The notes under the pieces: model-generated | The model's input: the letters and a program-made list of their open reading frames with translations, nothing else | What the model was told of the DNA's origin: nothing | The model's database searches: none | Shown: positions 18,642 through 27,825 of the stretch, piece after piece | Layout of the letters: each line of letters starts with the position of its first letter | Numbering within the stretch: position 1 is the stretch's first letter | NCBI GenBank assembly: GCA_963776245.1 | Contig: CAVZLN010000008.1 | Location: 192,001-256,000, forward strand | Length of the DNA stretch: 64,000 bases | Reading direction: 5' to 3' | DNA from: Candidatus Eiseniibacteriota bacterium | GTDB lineage: Bacteria; Eisenbacteria; RBG-16-71-46 | Made by a program: the position numbers and the translations under genes

Positions 18642-19658
18642 CTAACGATACAGCACCTTGAGCTGACCCCAGGTCTTCCTCTCCGTCGGGGTGATGGCAT
18701 CGATGCAGATGTCGTCGATGACCCCCCACGAGATGAAGTTGGGATCGTCCAGCGCATACTCGTTCTCTGGATTCACCGTCAGCCAGCCCGCGGTGTGCGG
18801 AGCCGTCCAGAGCGGGAACACGTAGGTGGACGAGGAGGTCGACGTCGCGTCGGGCGTGACACCGATCACGTCGTAGGCCGCGACTGGCGGATAGTCCGCC
18901 GGGTCAATGCCGGAGACGGCCAGCCGGAACCGCACGTACGGGGGCAGCGCCGGATTGTAATCGAGCATCCGGTAGCACACCGTCACCTGGTACTTCGCAC
19001 CGGCCACGATGGGGGTCCCCAACGCCTGCTTGATCGATTCCCCTACGAACTGGTTGCCCCACATCTGGACGGCGCGGGTGAGCCCGCACCCGCTATTGGT
19101 CACCTGCGGACTTCCCGTCAGGGCCGACCAGTCGTTCAGCGTGGCGGCCGGCATGTCACCGGAGCCGGCGCCCGCGGCGAAATCGCTGTTCGAGACCAAG
19201 CCGCAATTCTGGACCGGGCCGGGGCAGCTCGGACCCTCCACCGGGACGTTACACTGGACGACACCATCGACGAAGATGTCGGCGGTGCAGTACGAAGTGA
19301 TACATCCGCAGATGCAGAAATGGGCCACGCCTGAGGCATCGGTAAGCGCGCTGACGAAGTTGCCGGTGCGAGTGATACCGACGGGCTGCGTCGGACAGAG
19401 TTCTTCCGAGCAGTACCCGAAATCGATGCTGACGTTCGATCCCCAGACCGGGTTCCCTCCGATGTCCTTCACGATCACGTCGAAGCAACTGCTGCCATCG
19501 GTCGCCATCGTCACGGCCGTGGGACAGGTACTGGACTGTGGGTTGAGGACCGAGGGCAGAATCTGGGCCATCGCTTGACCCACAGCGAGGATCGTCGCTC
19601 CGATCACGATCAGACCGCTGATGATGATTCCCATTGCGGTGCGGTTCCGTGGTGTCAT
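18642..19658 (-). CDS. Secreted Cys-rich protein with Ig-like and carbohydrate-binding-like domains and a C-terminal TWGQLKVLYR motif
   Basis: Signal peptide ending AMA-Q; many Cys; GAGG RBS; terminal motif seen directly. Confidence 0.78.
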   Translation of the reverse strand: MTPRNRTAMGIIISGLIVIGATILAVGQAMAQILPSVLNPQSSTCPTAVTMATDGSSCFDVIVKDIGGNPVWGSNVSIDFGYCSEELCPTQPVGITRTGNFVSALTDASGVAHFCICGCITSYCTADIFVDGVVQCNVPVEGPSCPGPVQNCGLVSNSDFAAGAGSGDMPAATLNDWSALTGSPQVTNSGCGLTRAVQMWGNQFVGESIKQALGTPIVAGAKYQVTVCYRMLDYNPALPPYVRFRLAVSGIDPADYPPVAAYDVIGVTPDATSTSSSTYVFPLWTAPHTAGWLTVNPENEYALDDPNFISWGVIDDICIDAITPTERKTWGQLKVLYR

Positions 19659-19987
19659 GACAAGTTCCTCGCGGCGTGCCCGCATGGGGCCACGCCAGTT
19701 GAGATCCACGAGAAGTGCAATCGCAGGACCCGCCGCGTGCGGAGACCGATCATCGCAGGCGGGGGTGATGCGAAGACGAAACAGACGAGCGTGCTCTCGA
19801 GCCGGTGGAGCCGTGTGTCCATGTCGTCGCCCTCGGGGTGCGAAGCCATGCGGATTGCCCAGACCCGTGGTACCGCCGGGCGCCACACGGCGCATCCGGG
19901 ACGCCACGGGAAACCCGCGTGTTCGTCGACTCGAGCTCATCTTGCATGGGGATCGGCCGTGTGTCTGTGACGGCGGCCGGCGTTTCG

Positions 19988-20003
19988 TGTGACGGCGGTC
20001 ACA
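19988..20003. promoter_or_regulatory. CRP-type operator TGTGA-N6-TCACA
   Basis: TGTGAcggcggTCACA is a perfect consensus match and the symmetry extends by CG on each side. It is intergenic, next to a Crp/Fnr gene. Confidence 0.8.
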
Positions 20004-20084
20004 CGGGGACGGTCGCCGCCACGCGTCGACACATGCCTGCGGGCGGGGATCCGACGTCCCGGATCGGGATACGTCGCGCGCCGT

Positions 20085-20798
20085 CTACTGCTCGGATATC
20101 CGCTCGAGCAGGGAGGGGTTCAGGATCCGGATCGTCCCGTTGTTGAGTTTCACGGCGCCCTGCTCGGCCAGCCGCCGCAGCGAGCGCGACAGCGTCTCGC
20201 GGGTGGTGCCGATCAGCAGCGCCATCTCATCGCGGCCCATCGAGACCGAATGCGCCGCCGCGGCCCCGGGGCTCGCGCCGCGACCGTTCGCTAGCGCCGC
20301 CAGCAGTCGCGAGGTCCTTGCGGCGACGCTCGCGTGGGTGCGTGCGACGAGCTGCTCCTCGGTCAGCAGGTAGTCCTTCGACAGGCATCCCAGCAGCCGC
20401 ATCGCCAGGTCGGGGCAGTCCCGCACCGCGGTCAGGAACGCCTCCCTTGGAATCGCGCAGAGCACCGAGGGCTCGAGCGCCTCGGCCGAGACCTGGTAGG
20501 GCATCTTGGCGAGCACCTCCCGGACCCCCAGCATCTCCCCGGGCCCGCGCATGCCCACCACGACCTCGTGACCGTTGTTGGCGGACCGGGTCAGTTTCAC
20601 GTGCCCCGAATGGACGGAGAGGATGGCGAGTGCCGGGGTGTCGTGATGCACCACCACCTGGCCTGCCTCGTAGCGGCGGGCGAGCCGCTCCCGGCCGAGC
20701 GCGGAGTCCTGGCTCGGGGAAAGGCACGAGAAGATCCGCTTCGCGGGACAGAGATCGCTCCGGCACTCGAGCCGGGGACAATGGAAACGGATCGCCAT
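20085..20798 (-). CDS. Crp/Fnr family transcriptional regulator with N-terminal Cys cluster
   Basis: Cyclic-nucleotide-binding fold (GHVKL...GPGEMLG); HTH MALLIGTTRETLSR; N-terminal CPRLECRSDLCPAKRIFSC. Confidence 0.9.
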   Translation of the reverse strand: MAIRFHCPRLECRSDLCPAKRIFSCLSPSQDSALGRERLARRYEAGQVVVHHDTPALAILSVHSGHVKLTRSANNGHEVVVGMRGPGEMLGVREVLAKMPYQVSAEALEPSVLCAIPREAFLTAVRDCPDLAMRLLGCLSKDYLLTEEQLVARTHASVAARTSRLLAALANGRGASPGAAAAHSVSMGRDEMALLIGTTRETLSRSLRRLAEQGAVKLNNGTIRILNPSLLERISEQ

Positions 20799-20958
20799 GG
20801 CGGCCTCGCGTGATCGACCTCTCGGGGGGACAGGGTCGCGTCGCGCGGGGCGCACGAGTTCGCGATTCGCCTGCGAGATAGGGAACTGACGTTCGCAGAC
20901 CAAGACTAACACCCGGCGGGGGCCGCGAGACGGATTATATCGAGGCCGCCGGGCTCCC

Positions 20959-22542
20959 CTACCCCGCCGGCCCCAGCTCCTCGCGCAGCGCTGCCGCGGC
21001 CCGCAGGGCCAGCGCCACCGCGGTGAGCGTCGGGTTCACGGCGCCGCCGGCGCCCACGAACGAACCCAGGCCGAGCGTCCAGACGCCCTGCACGCCGTGC
21101 ACGCGGCCCATCCCGTCGGTCACGCTGTCGCGCTCGTTGGTGCCCATGCGCGTGGTGCCCATGTGGTGGGCGAAGGTGGCGAAGTCGATCATCTCGCGGA
21201 AGAACCACTCGCGGGCGCCGGTGGTCTTCGCGACCCGCTCGAAGATCTGCACGCCCCACTCGAACGAGCGGCGGTCGAACTCGTCGAGCGAGTACTGCAC
21301 GTGCGGCACCGGGTCGCCGAACAGGTCGCGATAGGTGGTCGAGAGCGTGAGACGCTTGTCCGGGCTGGTCGACGACTCGGCGTGGATGGCCACCCGCCGG
21401 CAGCGGCGCACGACCTCCATGCGGCGCATCACGTCCGCGGCCGTGGGCTCCTCGCCCGCTTCCTTGACGTGGGATTGCCAGATGTTCGAAGGCAGCTCGA
21501 TCTTGATGCCGCCGATCCGGCCGCGCTCCTTCGGCTCGCAGAACTGCTGGCTCTGCCCGGTCCACCAGCCGACCGTGCCCGCGAACATCGGTTCCTTCCA
21601 GTGCATGTGGCCGCTCCACACGTGGTGGAACACCAGGTTCGCCCCCACCTGGCCGCCGCGATTGCCGATCCCGTCCGGGCGGGCCCCATCGCGTGACATG
21701 AGCAGCAGCCGCGCCGAGTCGAAGGCCCCGGCGGCGACGATGACCAGGTCGGCCGCGTGCTCGCGCTCGGCCGCGTCGCGGTTGCCGCGCACCACCAGCG
21801 CGCGGGCGCGGCCCTGCGCGTCGAGCACGATGCGGCGCACCGAGGTGTCGGGGAGGATGCGGCACCGCCCGGTGGCCACCGCGCGCTGCAGGTGGTGATT
21901 GGGCGAGTAACGCGACCCGATCGGGCACACCTCGCACACCCCGAAGTTCATGCACGCGGGCCGGCCGTCGAAGTCGAGCCGCGTGCGCGCCTGAGGCGTG
22001 CTGTGCATGTGGATGCCACCCTTCCCGAGCAGCGCGACCAGCCGGTGATCGTCGGGCGTGAGCGGGAACGAAGGCAGCGGATAGGGCTTCGAGCGCCGCG
22101 GCGCGAAGGGGTTGTCGTCATCGGTGCCCGAGACGCCGAGGAACGACTCGGCCTCGCAGTACCAGGGCTCGAGCTCCTCATAGGTGATGGGCCAGTCGGC
22201 GCTGAAGCCGAACCGGGTCCGCAGCTTGAAGTCATCGGGGCGCATGCGCATGGTGAGCCCGGCCCACTGGGTCGCGCTCCCGCCCACGCCCATCACGCGC
22301 TCGGCGGTCAGGTCGCGGACGTAGTCGCCGCTCTGCGTGACCTTGCGCAGCTCGTGGTGGGCGCGGAAGCGCTGACTGTCCTCGACCCCCATCACGCTGT
22401 CCTCGAACTGCGGCTGGTGCGGGTAGGGCAGGTCCGGGCCGCGCTCGAAGATCACCACGTCGTGCCCGGCGCGCGTGAAGGTGTCGGCGAACGCCGCGGC
22501 CACCACCCCGGCCCCGACGATCGCGATGCTCCGGCCGCTCAT
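20959..22542 (-). CDS. GMC family flavin oxidoreductase
   Basis: IVGAG...FERG, VGGSATQWAG, CxxxGxCxxCP, IVAAGA, HHMGTTRMG and NPTLT motifs. Confidence 0.92.
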   Translation of the reverse strand: MSGRSIAIVGAGVVAAAFADTFTRAGHDVVIFERGPDLPYPHQPQFEDSVMGVEDSQRFRAHHELRKVTQSGDYVRDLTAERVMGVGGSATQWAGLTMRMRPDDFKLRTRFGFSADWPITYEELEPWYCEAESFLGVSGTDDDNPFAPRRSKPYPLPSFPLTPDDHRLVALLGKGGIHMHSTPQARTRLDFDGRPACMNFGVCEVCPIGSRYSPNHHLQRAVATGRCRILPDTSVRRIVLDAQGRARALVVRGNRDAAEREHAADLVIVAAGAFDSARLLLMSRDGARPDGIGNRGGQVGANLVFHHVWSGHMHWKEPMFAGTVGWWTGQSQQFCEPKERGRIGGIKIELPSNIWQSHVKEAGEEPTAADVMRRMEVVRRCRRVAIHAESSTSPDKRLTLSTTYRDLFGDPVPHVQYSLDEFDRRSFEWGVQIFERVAKTTGAREWFFREMIDFATFAHHMGTTRMGTNERDSVTDGMGRVHGVQGVWTLGLGSFVGAGGAVNPTLTAVALALRAAAALREELGPAG

Positions 22543-23105
22543 GCGCCCGACCCGCGGGGCGCGGTGAGCGCGCGCGGCACTCCCGGCCACGCGTCGTAGC
22601 CCAGACGCACCCACGCGTCGGTGGCGGCGAAGCGTGCCAGCAGGGTGCGCACGATGTGCTGGCTGTCGCGCGCGCGCTCGTGCGCGACGAGCCCGCGCCA
22701 CCCGCGCCGCCAGCCCCGCAGCGGGCGCAACTCGGCCAGCAGGCGCCGCTGCCCCGCGCGCGGCAGCTCCGCGAAGCCCGCCGCCCCCGCGGCGCGCCCC
22801 GCGGCGTCGAGACGCGCGACGAAGCGCTCGACCAGCGACCGGTGTCCCGGCAGGTTCTCCGCGCGCCAGCGGAACGCCTCGACATAGTGCCCGGGATCGA
22901 TGGGCTCCCCGAGCAACGCCACCACCACCGCGCCCAGCACCGTGCCGGCGCGGGTCGAGAGCGGGCCGGGCGCCGAGCGGTCGAGCGGGGCGTCGAGCGC
23001 CCAGCGGCGCAGCGCGCGCCGCTGGGTCCACGCGGCGCCCGCCGCGAGCGCCAGGGCCGCGGCGGCGCCGAGGGTGAGGAAGCGGCGGCGGCTGATCCGG
23101 GTCAT
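22539..23105 (-). CDS. Tat-exported small protein, gluconate 2-dehydrogenase subunit 3-like partner of the GMC enzyme
   Basis: SRRRFL twin-arginine signal; FAELP...RRLL; C-terminal WVRLGY..WPG; ATGA overlaps. Confidence 0.72.
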   Translation of the reverse strand: MTRISRRRFLTLGAAAALALAAGAAWTQRRALRRWALDAPLDRSAPGPLSTRAGTVLGAVVVALLGEPIDPGHYVEAFRWRAENLPGHRSLVERFVARLDAAGRAAGAAGFAELPRAGQRRLLAELRPLRGWRRGWRGLVAHERARDSQHIVRTLLARFAATDAWVRLGYDAWPGVPRALTAPRGSGA

Positions 23106-25219
23106 GGTCGTCCCTCTCCCGCGGCCTTGATCCCGTCCATGCGCACGACGTACGCGGTGTCGCAGGTCTGGGTCACGAAGCGCGTGAAGCGCGCGCTGTC
23201 CCCCATGCACCAGTCGCCCTCGACGTAGCGTTCGCGGCACCACTCGCCGGGCGAGCCCACCACCACCACCGCCGCCCCCGAGCGCGCGAGATTGCCGAGC
23301 CACCGCGCGCGGTCGGCGAGAGCGCGCCGTGATGGCTGGAAGTCCCATGCATGCGGACCCTCCCGCCAGTCTCGATCGACCGGAAGGTACACCGGGCGGC
23401 CCGAGAAGTCGCGGCCCCAGTACGCCCACGACAGGTCCACGCCGGTGAGCGCGATGGGCCGTCCCGCGGCACGGGCGCGCACCTCGCGCACCTGCGCCGC
23501 GGTCAGGTTGTGGACCCGGCAGGCGAACGCGTCCCACGCGCGCTCGAAAGCGCGCTGGCGTCTCGGTTCCACCACCGCCACGGCGAGCGCCAGCACGCCG
23601 GACACCGCCAGCACCGCGAGCGCGCGCGCCGCCAGCGGCCATCGCCGACGCGCCAGCACGCGCACCATCAGCACGCCCAGGATCGCGGCCACCATGCCGG
23701 GCACGAGATGGCTGGCGCCGCGGCGCAGCATCGCCAGCGCGAGCAGTCCGGCCACCACGCTGGCCGCCCCGGGCAGCGGCAGGCGCGACAGTCCGACCGC
23801 GGCGAGCGGGGCGAAGGCCACCAGCGCGGGCGCCGCGAGGCGCAGGTTGTCGAGGTTCAGCCGCGGGGCCCGGCCCGCGGCCGCGGGCTCGTACGACCCC
23901 GAGAACGGACCGAACAGATAGAGCGCCGAGCACGCGAGCGCGATCACGAACAGCGTCCGCGCGCCGTCGCGGGGCGCGGTCGAGGCCAGCCCGCCGTCCT
24001 GGCGGCCGCGCATCGCGAGCCACAGCGGCAGGCCGGTCACGAGCACGGCGAGCGACATGCCGTAGAAGCCCCACAGCCGCGGCAGCGTGGTGTGCCCGCC
24101 GTACCCGTCGAACCACACGTGCACCTGCGAGGTGCGCGCCTGGTCGAGCGTGTTCATCAGCCCGGGCAGCACCCAGGGCCCGACGCGCAGCTCGGCCGGG
24201 TAGAGCGGGTTGCCCGCCACCCACACGTTGCGCACCATCCAGTAACCGCCGATGAGGAGCGCGGCGGCCAGGCTGGTGGGATGTCCGAGCACCGAACGGA
24301 TGCGCGCGAACGCGCCGCGGCCGGTGATCGCCACCAGCAGGACGAGCACGGCGTACGCGGGCCCGGTGCCCTTGGTGCCGGCGAGCAGCCCGAGGGCCAG
24401 CAGCATGAGCGCGAGCTGCGGTCCGGTCGCGCCCCGGCGCGCCCGCACGGCGAACAGCAGCGCCACCGCGAACCACATCGCCAGCGAATCGTCCACGCGC
24501 GTGCCGAGCGTGAGCTGCACCAGCCCGGGCGCGATCGCCACGCACAGCGCCACGCCCTCGGCCGCCACCGCGCGGGCCCCCGCGAGCAGGCCGAGACGGC
24601 GCACCGCGAGTCCGAGCAGACCGAGCGCCATCGCGTTCTGCCACGGCATCAGGGTCTCGCGCCGCACCGCCCAGCCCGCCCACATCTGCAGCACCTCGCC
24701 ATTGCCCGGGAAGTAGAGCCCGAACACCGGCGGGTCGTGCAGCGCCGCGCCGAGGGTGCCGCTCTGCATCCAGTGCGCGACCATCGGCAGGTGGTAATGG
24801 AAGCTGTCCCAGTCCACGGGCGGGTTGCGGAGCGAGAACAGCATGCGCCCGAGCACCACCCCGCCCACCAGGGTGAGGAACATCGCCGAGGGGAGCGCGG
24901 CCTCCTCGAGCGGCGCCCCGCCGGGCATGGCGTCGCGTGCGCGCCGGCGGCCCACCAGGGCGAACGCCGCGCATGCCGCGAGCGCCCAGCTCCAGTCGCG
25001 CAGCGCGGAGAACGTGCCGAGCACCATCGCGGACGCGACCACCACCGCGGCGACCTCGGTGGCGACCGCGAGCACGACGATGTCCCACGGGGTCCCGCCC
25101 AGCCGCCGGCGCACCGCGGCGTGCGCGCGCGCCGCGCCGAAGGCGAGGATGCCCCCGGCGACCGCGAGTCGCGGCCACACGGTCTGCGCGAGATCCAGGG
25201 CGGTCGGGTCGAAGGGCAT
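23102..25219 (-). CDS. Multi-pass membrane protein, GT-C fold glycosyltransferase-like
   Basis: DWDSFHYHLP, YFPGNGE, GTKGTG and WMVRNVWVAGNPLYP motifs; more than 10 TM segments. Confidence 0.7.
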   Translation of the reverse strand: MPFDPTALDLAQTVWPRLAVAGGILAFGAARAHAAVRRRLGGTPWDIVVLAVATEVAAVVVASAMVLGTFSALRDWSWALAACAAFALVGRRRARDAMPGGAPLEEAALPSAMFLTLVGGVVLGRMLFSLRNPPVDWDSFHYHLPMVAHWMQSGTLGAALHDPPVFGLYFPGNGEVLQMWAGWAVRRETLMPWQNAMALGLLGLAVRRLGLLAGARAVAAEGVALCVAIAPGLVQLTLGTRVDDSLAMWFAVALLFAVRARRGATGPQLALMLLALGLLAGTKGTGPAYAVLVLLVAITGRGAFARIRSVLGHPTSLAAALLIGGYWMVRNVWVAGNPLYPAELRVGPWVLPGLMNTLDQARTSQVHVWFDGYGGHTTLPRLWGFYGMSLAVLVTGLPLWLAMRGRQDGGLASTAPRDGARTLFVIALACSALYLFGPFSGSYEPAAAGRAPRLNLDNLRLAAPALVAFAPLAAVGLSRLPLPGAASVVAGLLALAMLRRGASHLVPGMVAAILGVLMVRVLARRRWPLAARALAVLAVSGVLALAVAVVEPRRQRAFERAWDAFACRVHNLTAAQVREVRARAAGRPIALTGVDLSWAYWGRDFSGRPVYLPVDRDWREGPHAWDFQPSRRALADRARWLGNLARSGAAVVVVGSPGEWCRERYVEGDWCMGDSARFTRFVTQTCDTAYVVRMDGIKAAGEGRP

Positions 25220-25387
25220 GGGCGCTCGATTGCGCGGACGCCCGGGGCGGCGCGTCCGCTCGTGGAACGGGTCCGCTCCGGCGGCCAGGAGCCCGCCGGG
25301 CGGCACTGGGTCATCGGCTCGCGGAGCCGCCGACTTCAGGCGGACGGGAGCGCCACGGGCCGCCCCGTGCGCGCCACGCGCCGCGTC

Positions 25388-26614
25388 CTATTTCGCTCCC
25401 ACCACCAGCCTCAGTGTGTCCCGCGCGATGATGAGCTCCTCATTGGTCGGGATCACCAGGGTGCGCACCGGGGCGTCGTCGGCCGAGATGTCGGCCTCCC
25501 GGCCCACCGCCGCGGCGTTCTTCTCCGGATCCACCCGCACTCCCATGAATCCCAGCCCCTCGAGCGCGCGCGCCCGGATGGGGGGCGCGTTCTCGCCGAT
25601 CCCGCCGGTGAAGATCACCGCGTCCATCCCGCCCATGGCACCGGCATAGGCCGCGACGTACTTCTTCACACGGTAGCAGAAGATCGCGATCGCCACCGCC
25701 GCGCCCTCGTGTCCGCGGGCCTCGGCCGCGAGCAGCTCGGCCATGTCGTTCGAGAAGCCGGACACCCCGAACAGGCCCGAGTGCTTGTTGAGCAGGGTCG
25801 AGGCCTGGTGCTCGGTGAGGTCCTCCTTGTGCATGATGTGGAAGATCACCGCGGGATCGAGATCGCCGCAGCGCGTGCCCATCAGCAGGCCTTCGAGCGG
25901 GGTGAAGCCCATCGAGGTGTCCACCGAGCGGCCGCGCTCGATGGCGCACACGCTCGCGCCGTTGCCGAGATGGCAGGTGACGAGCCGGGTCTCCTCGCGC
26001 GGACGCCCGAGCAGTTCCTGCGAGCGCCAGCCCACGAAACGGTGCGACGTGCCGTGGAAGCCGTAGCGGCGGATCCCGTGGCGGGTGTGGAGCACACGCG
26101 GCAGCCCGTAGAGGTAGGCGTGCTGCGGCAGGGTCTGGTGGTACGCGGTGTCGAACACCGCCGCGTGCGGCACCCGGGGCATGAGCTTCTGGGCGGCGTA
26201 GTACCCGCGCAGGTTGTGCGGATTGTGCAGCGGCGCGAGCTCCGAGCAGTCCTCGATCCCGCGCACCACCTCGGGGGTGACGATCGCGCTGGCGGCGAAC
26301 TTCTCGCCCCCATGCACCATGCGGTGCCCGACCGCCTCGATCTCCCGCGGGTCGTGGATGACCCCGGTCTCGGGCGCCGTGAGCGCGCGCAGGATGTCCG
26401 CGATCGCCACGCGGTGCTCGAGGATCTCCTTCGACTCGACCGTCTTGCCGCGTCCCTCGGGCTGATAGCTGTGCAGCGCGCTCGCGGTGCCGATGCGCTC
26501 GACCGAGCCGCGCGCGATGGGGTGGTCGCGGTTCTTCTCGATCAGATCGAGCGAGGTCTCGATGAGCTGGTACTTGACCGACGAGGAGCCTGAGTTGAGG
26601 ACCAGGATCATCAT
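25388..26614 (-). CDS. ackA: Acetate kinase
   Basis: ILVLNSGSSSVKY, GHRMVHGG, APLHNP, YGFHGTSH, HLGNGAS, FTGGIGEN and PTNEE motifs. Confidence 0.97.
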   Translation of the reverse strand: MMILVLNSGSSSVKYQLIETSLDLIEKNRDHPIARGSVERIGTASALHSYQPEGRGKTVESKEILEHRVAIADILRALTAPETGVIHDPREIEAVGHRMVHGGEKFAASAIVTPEVVRGIEDCSELAPLHNPHNLRGYYAAQKLMPRVPHAAVFDTAYHQTLPQHAYLYGLPRVLHTRHGIRRYGFHGTSHRFVGWRSQELLGRPREETRLVTCHLGNGASVCAIERGRSVDTSMGFTPLEGLLMGTRCGDLDPAVIFHIMHKEDLTEHQASTLLNKHSGLFGVSGFSNDMAELLAAEARGHEGAAVAIAIFCYRVKKYVAAYAGAMGGMDAVIFTGGIGENAPPIRARALEGLGFMGVRVDPEKNAAAVGREADISADDAPVRTLVIPTNEELIIARDTLRLVVGAK

Positions 26615-27507
26615 CGCGCCACCTCCGCCGCGGCGGGATCCGCGACGCGCGCGTGGCCCGCGTAGGTGAAGAAGCCGCGCCCGGTCTTGCGGCCGAGGTG
26701 GCCGGCGCGGACCATCTTGCGCAGCAGCGGGCAGGGCCGGTACTTGAGCTCGCCCAGCTCGTCGAACAGGTGGTCCATCCAGCCCATCACCTTGTCGAGG
26801 CCGACGCGGTCGGCGTACTCGAGCGGGCCCATCTTGAGCTCGTAGGCCAGCCGGATCGCCTCGTCCACGCTCTCGGCGCTCGCCACGCCCTCCATCACGA
26901 CGTGGATGGCCTCGTTGAGCAGCGGGAGCATCACCCGCGTGAGCACGTAGCCCGGGGTCTCGAACACCTCGACCACCTTCTTGTCGAGCGCGCGCGCCAG
27001 CTCGAGCGCCCTCTGGAAGGTGTCGTCCGAGGTCTCGGCGCCGCGCACCACCTCGACCAGCGGGGTGCGCGTCACCGGGTGCATGAAGTGCATGCCCACC
27101 ACCTTGTCCGGCCGCCCCGAGGCGGTGGCGATCTCGGTGATGGAGAGGGTCGAGGTGTTGGTGATGAAGATGCGGTCGGCGGGCAGCACCGCGCCGAGAT
27201 GCCGCATCACGCGCTTCTTGGTCTCGAGGTCCTCCTGCACGGTCTCGATGACCATGTCGGTGTCGGCGAGCGCCGCCGGGTCGGTCACGAAGCGCACGCG
27301 CGACAGCACCACGTTCTTCTCCGACGCCGTGATGCCCCACTTGGCCAGTTCGGCGTCGAGGATGCGCGCCAGGTCATGCGCCGCCGCCCGGGCGCGCTCC
27401 TCGGAGACCTCCAGTACGGAAACGTCGATGCCGTTCGAGGCGACCTTCTCGGCGATGGACTTGCCCATGTGTCCGCCGCCCACGATGCCCAGCCTGCGGA
27501 ATTCCAT
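26611..27507 (-). CDS. 3-hydroxyacyl-CoA (3-hydroxybutyryl-CoA) dehydrogenase family protein
   Basis: GIVGGGHMG, NTSTLSITE, GMHF, MGPLEYADRVGLD and GRKTGRGFF motifs. Confidence 0.9.
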   Translation of the reverse strand: MEFRRLGIVGGGHMGKSIAEKVASNGIDVSVLEVSEERARAAAHDLARILDAELAKWGITASEKNVVLSRVRFVTDPAALADTDMVIETVQEDLETKKRVMRHLGAVLPADRIFITNTSTLSITEIATASGRPDKVVGMHFMHPVTRTPLVEVVRGAETSDDTFQRALELARALDKKVVEVFETPGYVLTRVMLPLLNEAIHVVMEGVASAESVDEAIRLAYELKMGPLEYADRVGLDKVMGWMDHLFDELGELKYRPCPLLRKMVRAGHLGRKTGRGFFTYAGHARVADPAAAEVAR

Positions 27508-27697
27508 CCCTGTTCCATCCTGTGTTGGAGCCGGGGGCGCGCGATGCCGCGGCCGCCCGGACGAGCTCACCTGAGGGTCGCCCGCAGTCTAGCGCGAGTG
27601 TCGGCGCTTGTCCCGGCGGGGCGGGCGCGGTTGCGCTCGATGAGGCCGCTCCGTATCGTGCTCGTGGACCGCGACGAGACCCCACCCGCGCGGCCCA

Positions 27698-27715
27698 CCG
27701 TGAGATCGGTCACGG
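27698..27715. promoter_or_regulatory. Putative Crp/Fnr-family box CCGTGA-N6-TCACGG
   Basis: Perfect inverted repeat with GTGA-N6-TCAC core in the hbd/ccp intergenic region. Confidence 0.55.
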
Positions 27716-27825
27716 ATCGCGTCGAGCGGACCCCGGCGACGTCGCCCCCACGCCGCGCCCGCTCCCTCGCCTGGTCTTCGTGCGGCCGCGGCTACCACGG
27801 CCCACGCCACCTCTGGAGGTTTGCG

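Noticed and set aside
20809..20824. Autoregulatory Crp box CGTGA-N6-TCTCG before the regulator
   Set aside because: The core has a mismatch, and such partial matches are common in GC-rich DNA.
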